Source: an uncultured Bacteroides sp. (GTDB lineage: Bacteria; Bacteroidota; Bacteroidia; Bacteroidales; Muribaculaceae). From it: a DNA stretch of 64,000 nt. The notes beneath the pieces are model-generated. The model was not told the origin of the DNA. It worked only from the letters and a program-made list of their open reading frames with translations, and did no database searches. Below are positions 26,266 to 37,167 of the stretch, piece after piece. Location of the stretch: positions 9,907-73,906 of the forward strand of contig CAZASF010000004.1 in NCBI GenBank assembly GCA_964487725.1. Direction: 5' to 3'. The position numbers and the translations under genes were made by a program. How positions within the stretch are numbered: position 1 is the first letter of the stretch; each line of letters starts with the position of its first letter.

Positions 26266-29200
26266 ATGTCCAAACAATTATCTAAATTGATGTTGGCCGG
26301 CGCTCTCACCCTAATTGGGGGGGGTGTTTATGCTGCTGATAGTCAGGCTGTTATGACACAGTCGCAGACTGTCACGGTTACCGGTACAGTTTATGATTCG
26401 GCGGGCGATCCCGTTATGGGCGCGTCCGTAATTGCCAAAGGTTCCTCTCAAGGAACTGCCACTGACATCGACGGAAAATTTTCGCTCTCAGGAGTGAAGG
26501 TTGGTACTGAGATTCAGGTCACCTACGTTGGCTGCGATCCTTACACTTTCAAGGCATCGAACCAGCCTGTTACTATTACTCTTAAGGAAAACGCTCATAA
26601 CCTGGACGAAGTGGTGGTAACCGCCCTCGGTATGAAGCGAGAAAAGAAAGCCCTCGGTTATTCAATGACCGAACTTAAGGGCGACGAGCTCAACCAGAGC
26701 CTCATCAACCCCGTTTCCGCACTTCAGGGTAAGGTTGCCGGTGTTGACATCAACCAGTCCGACGGTGGTCTCTTCGGTAGCAACCGTATCACCATCCGTG
26801 GTGTCTCGACGCTCGGTAAGAACAACCAGCCTATCTACGTTGTCGATGGTATCATACTTGATAATGAGCAGAACGACAAGGAAGGTGACTGGAGTACCAG
26901 CAACTCTGACTACGGTAACGAACTCAAGAACCTCAACCCCGCTGACTTTGAATCAGTATCCGTGCTGAAGGGTGCAGCCGCAACCGCCCTCTACGGTTCA
27001 CGTGCTCTTAACGGCGTTGTGCTCATCACAACCAAGAGCGGTAAAGGAGCCAAGGGTTATGGCGTTACGTTTACTCAGACACTCGGCTGCGACTGGATGA
27101 TTCAGTCACCTAAGTTCCAGAATGTGTATGGTGTGGGTACAATCCCCGGCTTCATTGATTACGGTCGAAGCGATTGGGATACATACGCATTTGCAACCAA
27201 CGAAAATGGCATGCGTTCGGTAATCGCCATGGACAACCTCTATGCAACAGAAGGCTGGGGTGCTCCTTACGATGGTGAACCGTACGAGTACTACGATGGT
27301 ACTATTCGCCCGTACGTTGCTTACCCCAACAACTATAAGGACGCATACCGCACCGGTTTCAACACCACCACCAACGTTTCAATAACCGGCGGTAATGACA
27401 AGACTAACTTCTACACCTCAATGGGTTACAAATATGCCCAGGGTATTGTTGAAAACAATGACTTCAACCGTTTCAACTTCCTCTTGAAGGCCTCTCATCA
27501 GGTTTCAAAGACAGTCAACGTTGAGGGCGGCGTTACATTCGCCAACTCTACTCCACGCAACTCACCCATTAACCTTGGTGAATACTTCATCGGCGGAACA
27601 TTTGCCCGTCACTATGATTCTGCTGACCGCATTTATTACAAAGGTGCACATGGCGGTCTTGCAAGTACTGCATACGGAGACCAGTACGGAGCTCTTCCCG
27701 GCAATAGCATCTGGTGGTCAATTTACGAGAATAACTACACCCGCAAGGAAACCGTTATCCGCCCGAATGCCAAGGTGACGGTTACACCCACTGATTGGCT
27801 TCGTCTCTCTGCTGAAGGCAGCTACAACTACTATTACACCCGTTCCGAGGGTAAATATCCCGGTTCAGGTTACAAGAACGAAGGTGGTTCTTACTCACTT
27901 GCCAACACCATCAAGGAGCAGACCAACCTCAACGTGAACGCCTACGTAAATAAGGACTTCAACGATTGGGAAATCCATGGTATGGTTCGTGGTGAATACT
28001 TCCACTCTTTCTCTCAGGCTATGAGCATGAGCACCAAGGGCGGTCTTACAATTCCCAACAAATACTTCCTTACCAATGGTAAAGAGGGTATGGACTATTC
28101 AGGCTCTATTTCCGGCACAAAGACCATGTGGTCAGCAATGGCTCAGGTTGGTGCAAGCTGGAAAGGTCAGGTTTACTTAGATGTTACCGGACGTAATGAC
28201 TGGTCATCTTCACTCGTCTACTCTGACGGCCACGGTACATTCTCCTACTTCTATCCTTCAGTGTCTGTCTCTTGGTTGATCAACAACACATTCCAGCTCC
28301 CTGAATGGATTTCATTCGCTAAGGTACGTGCATCATGGGCTCAGGTAGGTAACGATACATCACCTTACACTATCAACTCCGCTTATATATTTGATACCGG
28401 TGTAGCTAATGGTAACAATATCTACGCAGCCGAGGTTCCCAACACGGTTTACTCAACCAACCTCAAACCCGAGCGCAAGAACTCTTGGGAGGCAGGTCTC
28501 GACTGGCGTTTCTTCAACAACCGCTTAGGTATTGACTTCGCATACTACAAGGATAACACCAAGGACCAGATCATGACAATCTCCGTTCCTTCGGCTTCAG
28601 GTGTCAGCAATCAGGTTATCAACGCCGGTAACATCCAGAACCAGGGTGTTGAGCTTGCTATCAACGGAACTCCTATCCAGACAAAGGATTGGACCTGGGA
28701 TCTTACTTTCACTTACACCAAGAACAATTCTAAGATTGTTGAACTTCACCCCTACGTGACCAACTATATCACACTTTCAGGAAACCCCGACTACGGTAAC
28801 TACCGCGTGGGTTCTGTTGCCAAGGTTGGCGGTGCCTACGGTCTTCTTATGACTGACTCTTGGACGGCTAACGATGAAGAATCCGGAATGGAAGTTCTCG
28901 GATGGCAGAACTACTATAACTTCGCTTACAAATATCGTTCAGCTGAGCTGAAAGAAGTTGGCGACATCAACCCTGACTTCCTCGGCAGCATCTCAACCAG
29001 TCTCCGCTATAAGAACTGGCACTTGAGCGTTGCTCTTGACGGCCGTTGGGGTGGCTACGTTGCAACCTACGGTACCCACTACGGTACTGCTTACGGTTAT
29101 ACCGAACAATCTCTCCGTTGGCGTGATGAGGCTCACGGTGGTGTGACCTATACCTCAATGTGGGACGGTATTACATATCATGATGGTGTTATCCCCAGCG

Positions 29201-29658
29201 GTATCTTCCGTACCGGTACCAGTATCATGCAGCCCGATGGAACAACTTACACCGTTGGTACAGGTGCTTACAGCTCAGGTGAAACATTCCAGGAACTCAT
29301 GGACAAGGGTGTTGTTGAGCCTATTCACTCCGGTGCATGGCAGTATTGGAACAACTGTTGGATCAACGCCAGCTCTCGTCGTGGTGTTGTTTCGGAAGAC
29401 TGGTTCTGTAAGCTCAACTACGTGTCACTCCGTGAGGTATCACTCTCATACACTCTTCCCCAGAACATCGCCTCCAAGATTGGCTCACGCGGCCTGACTC
29501 TCACCGCAACCGGACATAACCTCGGTTATCTCCATAATAGCCTCCCCAACGGCGAAAATCCCGAGGCTGTCCGCGGTACAAACTCCCACGAGTTCCGTAT
29601 CCGTACGTTCGAGGGTACAACCGCAAGCTTCACTTTCACAATTAACGCAACATTCTAA
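26266..29658 (+). CDS. susC: SusC/RagA family TonB-dependent outer membrane transporter
   Basis: CarboxypepD-like N-domain, LDEVVVTALG, LKGAAATALYGSRALNGVVLITTKSG plug motif, C-terminal INATF. Confidence 0.97.
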   Translation: MSKQLSKLMLAGALTLIGGGVYAADSQAVMTQSQTVTVTGTVYDSAGDPVMGASVIAKGSSQGTATDIDGKFSLSGVKVGTEIQVTYVGCDPYTFKASNQPVTITLKENAHNLDEVVVTALGMKREKKALGYSMTELKGDELNQSLINPVSALQGKVAGVDINQSDGGLFGSNRITIRGVSTLGKNNQPIYVVDGIILDNEQNDKEGDWSTSNSDYGNELKNLNPADFESVSVLKGAAATALYGSRALNGVVLITTKSGKGAKGYGVTFTQTLGCDWMIQSPKFQNVYGVGTIPGFIDYGRSDWDTYAFATNENGMRSVIAMDNLYATEGWGAPYDGEPYEYYDGTIRPYVAYPNNYKDAYRTGFNTTTNVSITGGNDKTNFYTSMGYKYAQGIVENNDFNRFNFLLKASHQVSKTVNVEGGVTFANSTPRNSPINLGEYFIGGTFARHYDSADRIYYKGAHGGLASTAYGDQYGALPGNSIWWSIYENNYTRKETVIRPNAKVTVTPTDWLRLSAEGSYNYYYTRSEGKYPGSGYKNEGGSYSLANTIKEQTNLNVNAYVNKDFNDWEIHGMVRGEYFHSFSQAMSMSTKGGLTIPNKYFLTNGKEGMDYSGSISGTKTMWSAMAQVGASWKGQVYLDVTGRNDWSSSLVYSDGHGTFSYFYPSVSVSWLINNTFQLPEWISFAKVRASWAQVGNDTSPYTINSAYIFDTGVANGNNIYAAEVPNTVYSTNLKPERKNSWEAGLDWRFFNNRLGIDFAYYKDNTKDQIMTISVPSASGVSNQVINAGNIQNQGVELAINGTPIQTKDWTWDLTFTYTKNNSKIVELHPYVTNYITLSGNPDYGNYRVGSVAKVGGAYGLLMTDSWTANDEESGMEVLGWQNYYNFAYKYRSAELKEVGDINPDFLGSISTSLRYKNWHLSVALDGRWGGYVATYGTHYGTAYGYTEQSLRWRDEAHGGVTYTSMWDGITYHDGVIPSGIFRTGTSIMQPDGTTYTVGTGAYSSGETFQELMDKGVVEPIHSGAWQYWNNCWINASSRRGVVSEDWFCKLNYVSLREVSLSYTLPQNIASKIGSRGLTLTATGHNLGYLHNSLPNGENPEAVRGTNSHEFRIRTFEGTTASFTFTINATF

Positions 29659-29669
29659 ACTTTCCAAAA

Positions 29670-31631
29670 ATGAAAAAGTTAAAATCAATCATATCTCTGG
29701 CACTCACCGGTGTGTTGGCCATGAGTGTGACCGGTTGTAGCGACGATCTTAAGGATGTTAACGTAGATCCCGCCATGCTGACCGACCCCACTCCTCAGCA
29801 GCTCTTTACCGGTCTGGAATATTCTTTCGATCCCTTTGGATATGGAATATGGTTCTTTAATGCGGCTCCTACTCTTTACACCAACCAGATGGCTGTCCCC
29901 AGTGGAGCTATAAATGAGGATAGGATTCTGCCGGGCGCAAGCCGACCCAGCATCATTTCTCTCACTGCGCTGAAATATCTCCATGCAATTGAGAACTCAA
30001 TGGCGAATATGGATAATGGAGAGGATTACGAGGCAATACGCCAGGCTGCTATTACACTTGCTATCTACGGTGGTATATATGACACCGATATGGCCGGTGA
30101 CATCCCTTACACCGAAGGTGCAATGGCTGCCTACGGCGGTACGCTGACTCCCAAGTATGATGCCGTTGAGGATCTTTATAATCTTTGGATTACCGAACTT
30201 GACGAGGCTGTCAGTGTTCTCTCCAATCCTCCTACACCCGAAGGAGGTTATGACACTAAGCAAGATCTTATCTTCGCCTGCGATTGGACCAAATGGGCTA
30301 AATTTGCCAATTCACTCCGTGTGAAACTTGCAACTCGTCTGATTTATCGCGACATGGCCAAGGCAAAACAGCTTGTTGCTACAGCTCTTGCTGCTCCTTG
30401 CGGACTTATCACCGAAACTTCCGATGACCTAATTTTCAACAAGGCTTCGGAAAATCTCAAACTCGGATCCGGCTCTTCTCTTGATGCAGGTGACGTTGCG
30501 TTTGGTACGGGCAACACCACTATCGATTACAATGGAATCAAAGGCTCAAAACGAGTTGTTGATTTCATGGTTAAGAACGGTGACCCCCGTGTGCGTTTCT
30601 ATCTGACAAAGAATGAATGGAATTCCACAGTTGTTAATTTCTACCTTCAGAACGGCCACATTGATCAGATTCCTCCCATTATCCTTGAAAAGGTTAACTA
30701 TGAGGCTGACGGTTCAAATTATAAGTTTGTGTCATGGAAGGGCAAAGGTGAGCCATGGGTACGTTACGTAGGCGTTCCTGATGATTATCGCGCAGATCAG
30801 AGCCGTGACCCTGAAATGCAGCAGTACTTCAACTACAGTGCCGGTGCTGATCAAGGTGGTAACTCTATCACATACGATGGTACAACTTGGGCATATTGTC
30901 CTTATTCTGCTTACAACGAATATCACCTTCAGGGTCGTCGCGACTTCCGTGTAACGTATGCTCCCGGTGAGATCAATAAAACTACAAGTGACGTGACTGA
31001 CCGTCCCCGTTATGACATGTACATCTCGGCAGCTGAAATCAACTTCTATCTTGCTGAGTTTGCGGTTTACGGTGGTGTTTCCGGTATCGGTTCTGCAGAA
31101 AGCTACTACACAAAGGCTGTTCGCCAGTCTGTTGAGACTTGGGATAAGTTCGCCCGTCTGAATCAGATCCCTTACTACAACAAGACTTACAACTATGATC
31201 CCAACGAAGGTGATATCGCTCTTCAGGACGGCGAAATTGACGCGCTTCTCCAGCAGGCAGATTACGCTTTTACCGGCGATAACAGCACTAAAATAGAGAA
31301 GATTGCTCTGAACTTGATGTTCCACCTTACTTTCAGCCCGGTTGACCAGTTTGTAACAGGTCGTCGTACAGGTTGCCCGAAAATTGGTTCATCGTTCTAT
31401 CCTCGTGTGGTTTATTCAGAAATTCCTGTAACTAAGATTCCGCGTCGTGCAGTGCTCAGCGCAATCAGCCCGAACGACCTCATGGGTCCGTATCTTCAGG
31501 AATCATATACCCGTCAAGGCCTTTCTACCAACGAAGGTGACAACAACAACGCTGTTACAGGTTACCTGAACACAGAACGCCTCTGGCAGGACGTTGGTGC
31601 TCCTCAGTGGGGTGCAGGTCCCAGTCTGTAA
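29670..31631 (+). CDS. susD: SusD/RagB family lipoprotein
   Basis: Lipobox VTGC, NVDP, DIPYTEG, TPKYD, KWAKFANSLR; directly after susC. Confidence 0.93.
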   Translation: MKKLKSIISLALTGVLAMSVTGCSDDLKDVNVDPAMLTDPTPQQLFTGLEYSFDPFGYGIWFFNAAPTLYTNQMAVPSGAINEDRILPGASRPSIISLTALKYLHAIENSMANMDNGEDYEAIRQAAITLAIYGGIYDTDMAGDIPYTEGAMAAYGGTLTPKYDAVEDLYNLWITELDEAVSVLSNPPTPEGGYDTKQDLIFACDWTKWAKFANSLRVKLATRLIYRDMAKAKQLVATALAAPCGLITETSDDLIFNKASENLKLGSGSSLDAGDVAFGTGNTTIDYNGIKGSKRVVDFMVKNGDPRVRFYLTKNEWNSTVVNFYLQNGHIDQIPPIILEKVNYEADGSNYKFVSWKGKGEPWVRYVGVPDDYRADQSRDPEMQQYFNYSAGADQGGNSITYDGTTWAYCPYSAYNEYHLQGRRDFRVTYAPGEINKTTSDVTDRPRYDMYISAAEINFYLAEFAVYGGVSGIGSAESYYTKAVRQSVETWDKFARLNQIPYYNKTYNYDPNEGDIALQDGEIDALLQQADYAFTGDNSTKIEKIALNLMFHLTFSPVDQFVTGRRTGCPKIGSSFYPRVVYSEIPVTKIPRRAVLSAISPNDLMGPYLQESYTRQGLSTNEGDNNNAVTGYLNTERLWQDVGAPQWGAGPSL

Positions 31632-31684
31632 TTAATCTGACTTTAAGCCTTGAATTGCACAAAATAGGTTAGGTTTTAAAAAAT

Positions 31685-31743
31685 GGTCGTGAGACCAATC
31701 CTTCCCAAGGCGGGACGCTACCCAACTGCGCCCCGCCTTTCTT
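31685..31743 (+). terminator. Hairpins and terminator after susD
   Basis: tggtc-GTGA-gacca, then aaggcgggacgc...gcgccccgcctt-tctt. Confidence 0.65.
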
Positions 31744-31822
31744 ATGGGTTAATGAAAAATAATACGATTATTTCTGTGGATTGCGAAAAAAGCAGTATAT
31801 TTGACCAAACAAACAGATAGCC

Positions 31823-33868
31823 ATGAATATTCGAAATCTGATAATCACAGTTGCATCTGCGATGCTCCCCCTTATGGCGGCGGCTGATATCGTGACTCCT
31901 GACGATATCCTCCCGCGCCCTACACAAGTGACAATCACCAAAGGAACATACGTGTTGCCGGCTAAGGCCACGTTCCATATCAAGGGCGATGCTCTCGGAT
32001 TGGAGAGCTTTCTTTCCACAATGCCTGAGCGGTTCAGCAAGGTGACATCTGCCGGTAAGGCCGATATTGCTTTTGACATAACGGGTGGCGAAGGCGAGAA
32101 TTATACTCTTGACATCACACCGAAGCAGGTGAAAGTGAAGTCGCCCTCGGCTGCCGGTGCCTTCTACGGACTCCAGACGTTGCTCCAGATGGCCGACATG
32201 CCGGGCGCTACAGGCATAGCGTGCTCCAAGGTGACCGATAATCCGAGATTTCAGTACCGAGGAATGATGGTCGACGTGTCGCGCCACTTCCGCTCGGTCA
32301 ATTTCCTGAAGAAGCAGATTGATGCTATGGCAAAGATGAAACTCAACCGCATGCATCTCCACCTGACGGATGCCGCCGGATGGCGCATGCAGATTGAAAA
32401 GTATCCCCGGTTGACGGAATTTGCCGCATGGCGACCCGAAAAAAAGTGGCAGGATTGGGCTGACAATGGCGCCAAGTACTGCGAGTCGACCCGCCCCGGA
32501 GCATACGGTGGATTTTACACCAAGGAACAAATGCGCGACCTGGTGAAGTATGCCGCGGACCGCAACATAACCATTATCCCTGAGATTGAAATTCCGGGAC
32601 ACAGCAAAGAAGTTACATCGGCATATCCTGAGTTTTCATGCAGCGGACAGCCGTACGTTGATGAGGATTTGTGTATTGGAAAGGACGCCACGTTTGATTT
32701 CCTTGAAGATGTGCTGACAGAGGTTATGGAAGTATTCCCCTCGGAGTCAATCCACATTGGCGGCGATGAGGCTTCAAAACGCAGCTGGCGCAACTGCCCT
32801 GACTGCAAGGCCCGCATGGAAAAGGAAGGCCTTAAGGATGTTGATGAATTGCAGAGCTATGCTATTCACCGTGTGGAGGAATTTGTCAATTCCAAAGGGC
32901 GGAAGATCATAGGATGGGACGAAATTCTTGAAGGTGGCCTTGCTCCGAACGCTACCGTTATGTCGTGGCGCGGAACCGAAGGAGGCCTTAAATCTATAGC
33001 TGCCGGACATGATGTGGTGATGACTCCCGGAGAATTCTGCTATATTGACTACTGTCAGGACGCTCCTTTCAAGGAGCCGATTTCCATAGGCGGCTATATC
33101 CCTCTGCGCAAGGTTTATTCCTACGAACCCCTCGACACGAGCATAACGCCTGAAAATGCTCATCATCTGCTCGGGTTGCAGGCCAATTTGTGGTCAGAGT
33201 ATGTGACAACTGACGAACACGCCGAATACATGTACTATCCCCGCACAATGGCAATTGCCGAGATTGGATGGTCAACTCCGGAGAAGAACTACGATGACTT
33301 CCTGCGCCGCGCCCTGACGCTGACCGCACATCTGGATTCCCTCGGCTACAACACGTTTGATCTCAAAAACGAATTCGGAGAGCGCAGAGAGAGCCTTACC
33401 CCCGTACAGCACAAGGCGATAGGAAAAAAGGTTACATATAACAAGAAGTGGGCCGATCCGTATCCCGGAACTGAAGAGGCAACGCTCGTTGACGGCGTGC
33501 GCGGAGGCTGGACCTACGGCGGCAACAAGCGTTGGCAGGGTTTTTTCAGTGACTTTGATGCCGTTGTTGACATGGGCGAAGTAACAGCTATAAACTCCGT
33601 GGACATAACATTCATGCAGGCCCCGGGCGCGTGGGTACACCTGCCCCAGAAGGTGGAGTTTGAGGTGTCGGACAATGGAACTGACTTCGTACCGCTCGAA
33701 ACGGTGTGGAGCGATGTTGACCCCTACTATCCCAAAATCATGATGAAAGACTATTCGGTGACACCCGCTCCCGGCACCAAGGCTCGCTATATCCGCGTGA
33801 AGGCCAACCGCATAAAGCGACCCGACGGCGGCGCATGCCTGTTCACTGACGAAATAATAATCAACTAA
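31823..33868 (+). CDS. Beta-N-acetylhexosaminidase GH20 with C-terminal F5/8-like module
   Basis: [26 protein letters not shown] catalytic motif, signal peptide; own TATATTTG at 31796-31803. Confidence 0.95.
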   Translation: MNIRNLIITVASAMLPLMAAADIVTPDDILPRPTQVTITKGTYVLPAKATFHIKGDALGLESFLSTMPERFSKVTSAGKADIAFDITGGEGENYTLDITPKQVKVKSPSAAGAFYGLQTLLQMADMPGATGIACSKVTDNPRFQYRGMMVDVSRHFRSVNFLKKQIDAMAKMKLNRMHLHLTDAAGWRMQIEKYPRLTEFAAWRPEKKWQDWADNGAKYCESTRPGAYGGFYTKEQMRDLVKYAADRNITIIPEIEIPGHSKEVTSAYPEFSCSGQPYVDEDLCIGKDATFDFLEDVLTEVMEVFPSESIHIGGDEASKRSWRNCPDCKARMEKEGLKDVDELQSYAIHRVEEFVNSKGRKIIGWDEILEGGLAPNATVMSWRGTEGGLKSIAAGHDVVMTPGEFCYIDYCQDAPFKEPISIGGYIPLRKVYSYEPLDTSITPENAHHLLGLQANLWSEYVTTDEHAEYMYYPRTMAIAEIGWSTPEKNYDDFLRRALTLTAHLDSLGYNTFDLKNEFGERRESLTPVQHKAIGKKVTYNKKWADPYPGTEEATLVDGVRGGWTYGGNKRWQGFFSDFDAVVDMGEVTAINSVDITFMQAPGAWVHLPQKVEFEVSDNGTDFVPLETVWSDVDPYYPKIMMKDYSVTPAPGTKARYIRVKANRIKRPDGGACLFTDEIIIN

Positions 33869-33879
33869 CCCAAAGCAAT

Positions 33880-34950
33880 ATGAAGAAACATAACTTTTAT
33901 GCCGGGCCTTCAATTCTGAGCCCTTACACAATCAAAAACACTGCCGATGCGATAATGGATTTCGCAGGTACGGGATTGTCAGTGCTTGAAGTGTCGCACC
34001 GCAGCAAGGAATTTCAGACAGTGATGGACGAGGCTGTGGCTCTTGTCAAGGAATTGCTCGAGATTCCGGAAGGTTATTCAGTGCTATTTCTCGGAGGCGG
34101 CGCGAGCATGCAGTTCTGCATGGTACCCTTCAATCTTCTTGCCCGCAAAGCTGCATATCTTGAAACCGGCACATGGGCTGCCAATGCCATAAAGGAAGCC
34201 CGTCTGTTCGGCGAGGTTGACGTGGTGGCTTCATCGCGTGAGGCCAACTTCACATATATTCCCAAAGGATACGTGATTCCGGAAGACGCCGATTACTTCC
34301 ACTTCACTACCAACAACACTATCTACGGAACCGAGATGCGCTACGATCCGGAGAGCCCCGTGCGCCTCGTGGCCGACATGTCAAGCGACATATTCTCGCG
34401 TCCAATTGACGTTTCAAAATATGACGTTATTTATGCCGGAGCGCAGAAAAACCTCGCTCCTGCGGGAGTGACACTGGTCATTGTGCGCGATGATGCGCTC
34501 GGCCATGTTGACCGTCCTATCCCCACGATGCTCGACTACCGTACTCACGTGAAGAAAGGCTCAATGTTCAACACACCTCCTGTGCTCCCTATCTTCTCGG
34601 CGCTGCAGACCCTCCGCTACTACAAGGAACTCGGTGGCATCCGTGCGATTGAAAAGATGGATGAGGCCAAGGCTGCAAAGCTCTATGAAGCAATCGACGG
34701 CAGCCGCATGTTCGTGGGCACAGTGACCGATCCGGCTGATCGCTCAATTATGAACGTGTGCTTCGTAATGAAGCCTGAGTACAAGGAACTTGAGAAAGAT
34801 TTCATCGACTTTGCCGGACAGCGCGGCATTGTTGGCATAAAGGGACACCGCTCAGTAGGCGGGTTCCGCGCATCGCTCTATAATGCTCTCCCCATGGAGA
34901 GTGTGGATGTGCTCATCGGTGCTATGAAGGATTTTGAAAACGCTCACTGA
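33880..34950 (+). CDS. serC: Phosphoserine aminotransferase
   Basis: [46 protein letters not shown]. Confidence 0.97.
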   Translation: MKKHNFYAGPSILSPYTIKNTADAIMDFAGTGLSVLEVSHRSKEFQTVMDEAVALVKELLEIPEGYSVLFLGGGASMQFCMVPFNLLARKAAYLETGTWAANAIKEARLFGEVDVVASSREANFTYIPKGYVIPEDADYFHFTTNNTIYGTEMRYDPESPVRLVADMSSDIFSRPIDVSKYDVIYAGAQKNLAPAGVTLVIVRDDALGHVDRPIPTMLDYRTHVKKGSMFNTPPVLPIFSALQTLRYYKELGGIRAIEKMDEAKAAKLYEAIDGSRMFVGTVTDPADRSIMNVCFVMKPEYKELEKDFIDFAGQRGIVGIKGHRSVGGFRASLYNALPMESVDVLIGAMKDFENAH

Positions 34951-34958
34951 TAACGGCC

Positions 34959-35879
34959 ATGAAAGTACTTGTAGCTACCCAGAAGCCCTTTGCTCCGGTT
35001 GCTGTTGAGGGCATCCGTGAGGTGATCGTAGGGTCAGGCCACGACCTGATACTCCTTGAAAAATATACTGACAAGGCGCAATTGTTGGAGGCCGTGGCCG
35101 ATGTGGCCGCTCTGATAGTGCGTTCCGATAAGGTTGACGCCGAGGTTCTTGAAGCGGCGCGAAATCTGCGCATTGTGGTGCGCGCCGGTGCCGGCTACGA
35201 CAACGTTGACCTCGTGGCCGCCACGCAGCATGACGTATGTGTGGAGAACACTCCCGGACAGAATTCCAATGCTGTTGCCGAGCTGGTGTTCGGAATGGCA
35301 GTTATGGCTGTCCGTAACATGTACGACGGGACTTCCGGCACAGAGATGCGCGGAAAAACCCTCGGCATTCACGCTTTCGGTCAAGTGGGGCGCAACGTGG
35401 CCCGTATTGCCCGTGGATTCGAAATGCAGGTGAGTGCTCTCGATCCCTATTGCCCGGATTCGGTGATGGCCGATGCCGGTGTACGCCCAATCCACGATAT
35501 CCGCAGCCTTTATAGCGAAAACAAATTCGTGTCGCTTCACATCCCTGCTACCAAGGAAACCATTGGCTCCGTTGGCTACGACCTGATATCGCTCATGCCC
35601 AAAGGGGGTGTGCTCATCAACACGGCCCGCAAGGAAGTGATGGACGAGGCCGGGCTGCAGAAAGCTCTGCGCGAGCGGACGGACCTGAAGTATGTTGCTG
35701 ATGTGAAGCCGGATAATGCTGACGAACTTGCAGCCGAATTTCCGGGAAGAGTATTCTTCACGCCCAAGAAAATGGGCGCTCAGACCGCCGAGGCCAATAT
35801 CAATGCCGGTATAGCTGCCGCCCGTCAGATTGTGGAGTTCTTCGCTACGGGAGCTGCTCCGTTCCGCGTTAACAAGTAA
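34959..35879 (+). CDS. serA: D-3-phosphoglycerate dehydrogenase (short form, no ACT domain)
   Basis: RAGAGYDNVD, NTPGQN, INTAR; follows serC. Confidence 0.88.
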   Translation: MKVLVATQKPFAPVAVEGIREVIVGSGHDLILLEKYTDKAQLLEAVADVAALIVRSDKVDAEVLEAARNLRIVVRAGAGYDNVDLVAATQHDVCVENTPGQNSNAVAELVFGMAVMAVRNMYDGTSGTEMRGKTLGIHAFGQVGRNVARIARGFEMQVSALDPYCPDSVMADAGVRPIHDIRSLYSENKFVSLHIPATKETIGSVGYDLISLMPKGGVLINTARKEVMDEAGLQKALRERTDLKYVADVKPDNADELAAEFPGRVFFTPKKMGAQTAEANINAGIAAARQIVEFFATGAAPFRVNK

Positions 35880-37167
35880 GATTGCCGGCTGCTGCGGTGC
35901 GCAGTAGCTCAGGCCGCAGATACTTTTCAGCCACCCTCGAGATTGTCTCGGGGGTGAGTTTTGCTATGGCGTCAAGTTTAGCTTCGAAATAGCCTGACGG
36001 GATTGAGGCTGTAAGCTCCGATATATGGTAGTCAATTATGGAGAAAGGCGAGTCAAGGATAGAAGCCTGCGCAGACAGGAGTGACTGGCGCAGACGCCAC
36101 ATCTCGGCTCCGCAGGGCGGCTCAGTGACCAGCCGGGACATCTCTTTGCAGACCTCTTCACACATACGGTCAACGTTGCCGCCATCAGTATCAGCCTGAA
36201 TCTGTATGTAGGCTCCGTCAATGTTGCCGAGAAGCGAAGCGGTTATCCCGTAGGTAAGTCCCAGGTCTTCGCGTATGCGGAGCATCAGTCGGCTTCCGAA
36301 GTAACCTCCAAGCGCGCTCACGGCTATGTGTAGCGGTATGTAGTCAGGATTGTCGCGACCAATCGTCGGAATTGTCATCACCACAGAGCTTTGACTGGCC
36401 CCATCAACTCTGATTCTTTCCTCGGCCAAGGGCGGCGCGGGAGAGTATGGGACAATGTTGGGAGCGTAAGCGGAATTGCCGGCGGGTATTTCGGAAAATG
36501 TTTCGGCCACGGCACTCTCCACCTCGGGCGTTATCATGCCGCTGAGGAAAATGCATGCACGCTCAGGTGCATGACACTTACGGTTCAGGTTGGATAATGC
36601 CGATGATGTTATGCGCCTTATTGCATCGGGCGAATCAATTCTTGCACCCGGATGGTCGGCGCCCTTTATAAGCCTATCCGAGGCAGTCATGGCTATAAAG
36701 TCAACATCGGCCAGTGCCACCTCTATGTTGCCGGCAAGGCTTTCGCGCCTCACTTCCAGCTCCTTTTCCGGAAATGTGGGGCTGAATGCCATCTCCTTGA
36801 ATACCGGGAGTATGTCGGCTAACCGTGAATTGAGTGACCGCATGCCGAGAGTGGTATGGTGCTCCGAATTGCCAATATTCAGCCATGCGCCGTTGAAATC
36901 GAGTATGGAGCTGATCTGCCCACCGGAGAAGTTCCGTGTCCCTTCGCGGCTCATTATGGCGTCAAGGGCCGCGTAGGCCGGTGATGGAAATTCGGCGTTG
37001 CCGCCCGGCTGCACGAGCGACAGGTAGTTGACCGGCTCCTCGCATCCGTCATAGATAATCATTTCCAATCCTGATGGTAGGGTGTGTCGGCGCACTTCCG
37101 GCATGCGGAAGGTTGTCATTTCGGTTATCATGGGCGCAACTGCCCGGAAATTATCTTCTCGATTCAT
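35869..37167 (-). CDS. M16 (insulinase) family protein lacking HXXEH
   Basis: M16 fold cues (TLPSGL, REGT, FSPTFPEKE, GGYFGSRLMLRIREDLGLTYGI) but no zinc motif. Confidence 0.85.
   Translation of the reverse strand: MNREDNFRAVAPMITEMTTFRMPEVRRHTLPSGLEMIIYDGCEEPVNYLSLVQPGGNAEFPSPAYAALDAIMSREGTRNFSGGQISSILDFNGAWLNIGNSEHHTTLGMRSLNSRLADILPVFKEMAFSPTFPEKELEVRRESLAGNIEVALADVDFIAMTASDRLIKGADHPGARIDSPDAIRRITSSALSNLNRKCHAPERACIFLSGMITPEVESAVAETFSEIPAGNSAYAPNIVPYSPAPPLAEERIRVDGASQSSVVMTIPTIGRDNPDYIPLHIAVSALGGYFGSRLMLRIREDLGLTYGITASLLGNIDGAYIQIQADTDGGNVDRMCEEVCKEMSRLVTEPPCGAEMWRLRQSLLSAQASILDSPFSIIDYHISELTASIPSGYFEAKLDAIAKLTPETISRVAEKYLRPELLRTAAAGNLTC

Noticed and set aside
19862-33868. A single peptidoglycan-utilisation locus joining SpoIID/AmpG, susCD and GH20
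   Set aside because: Hairpins and separate promoters at 25836-26153 and 31685-31803 split it into three units; adjacency alone is not enough
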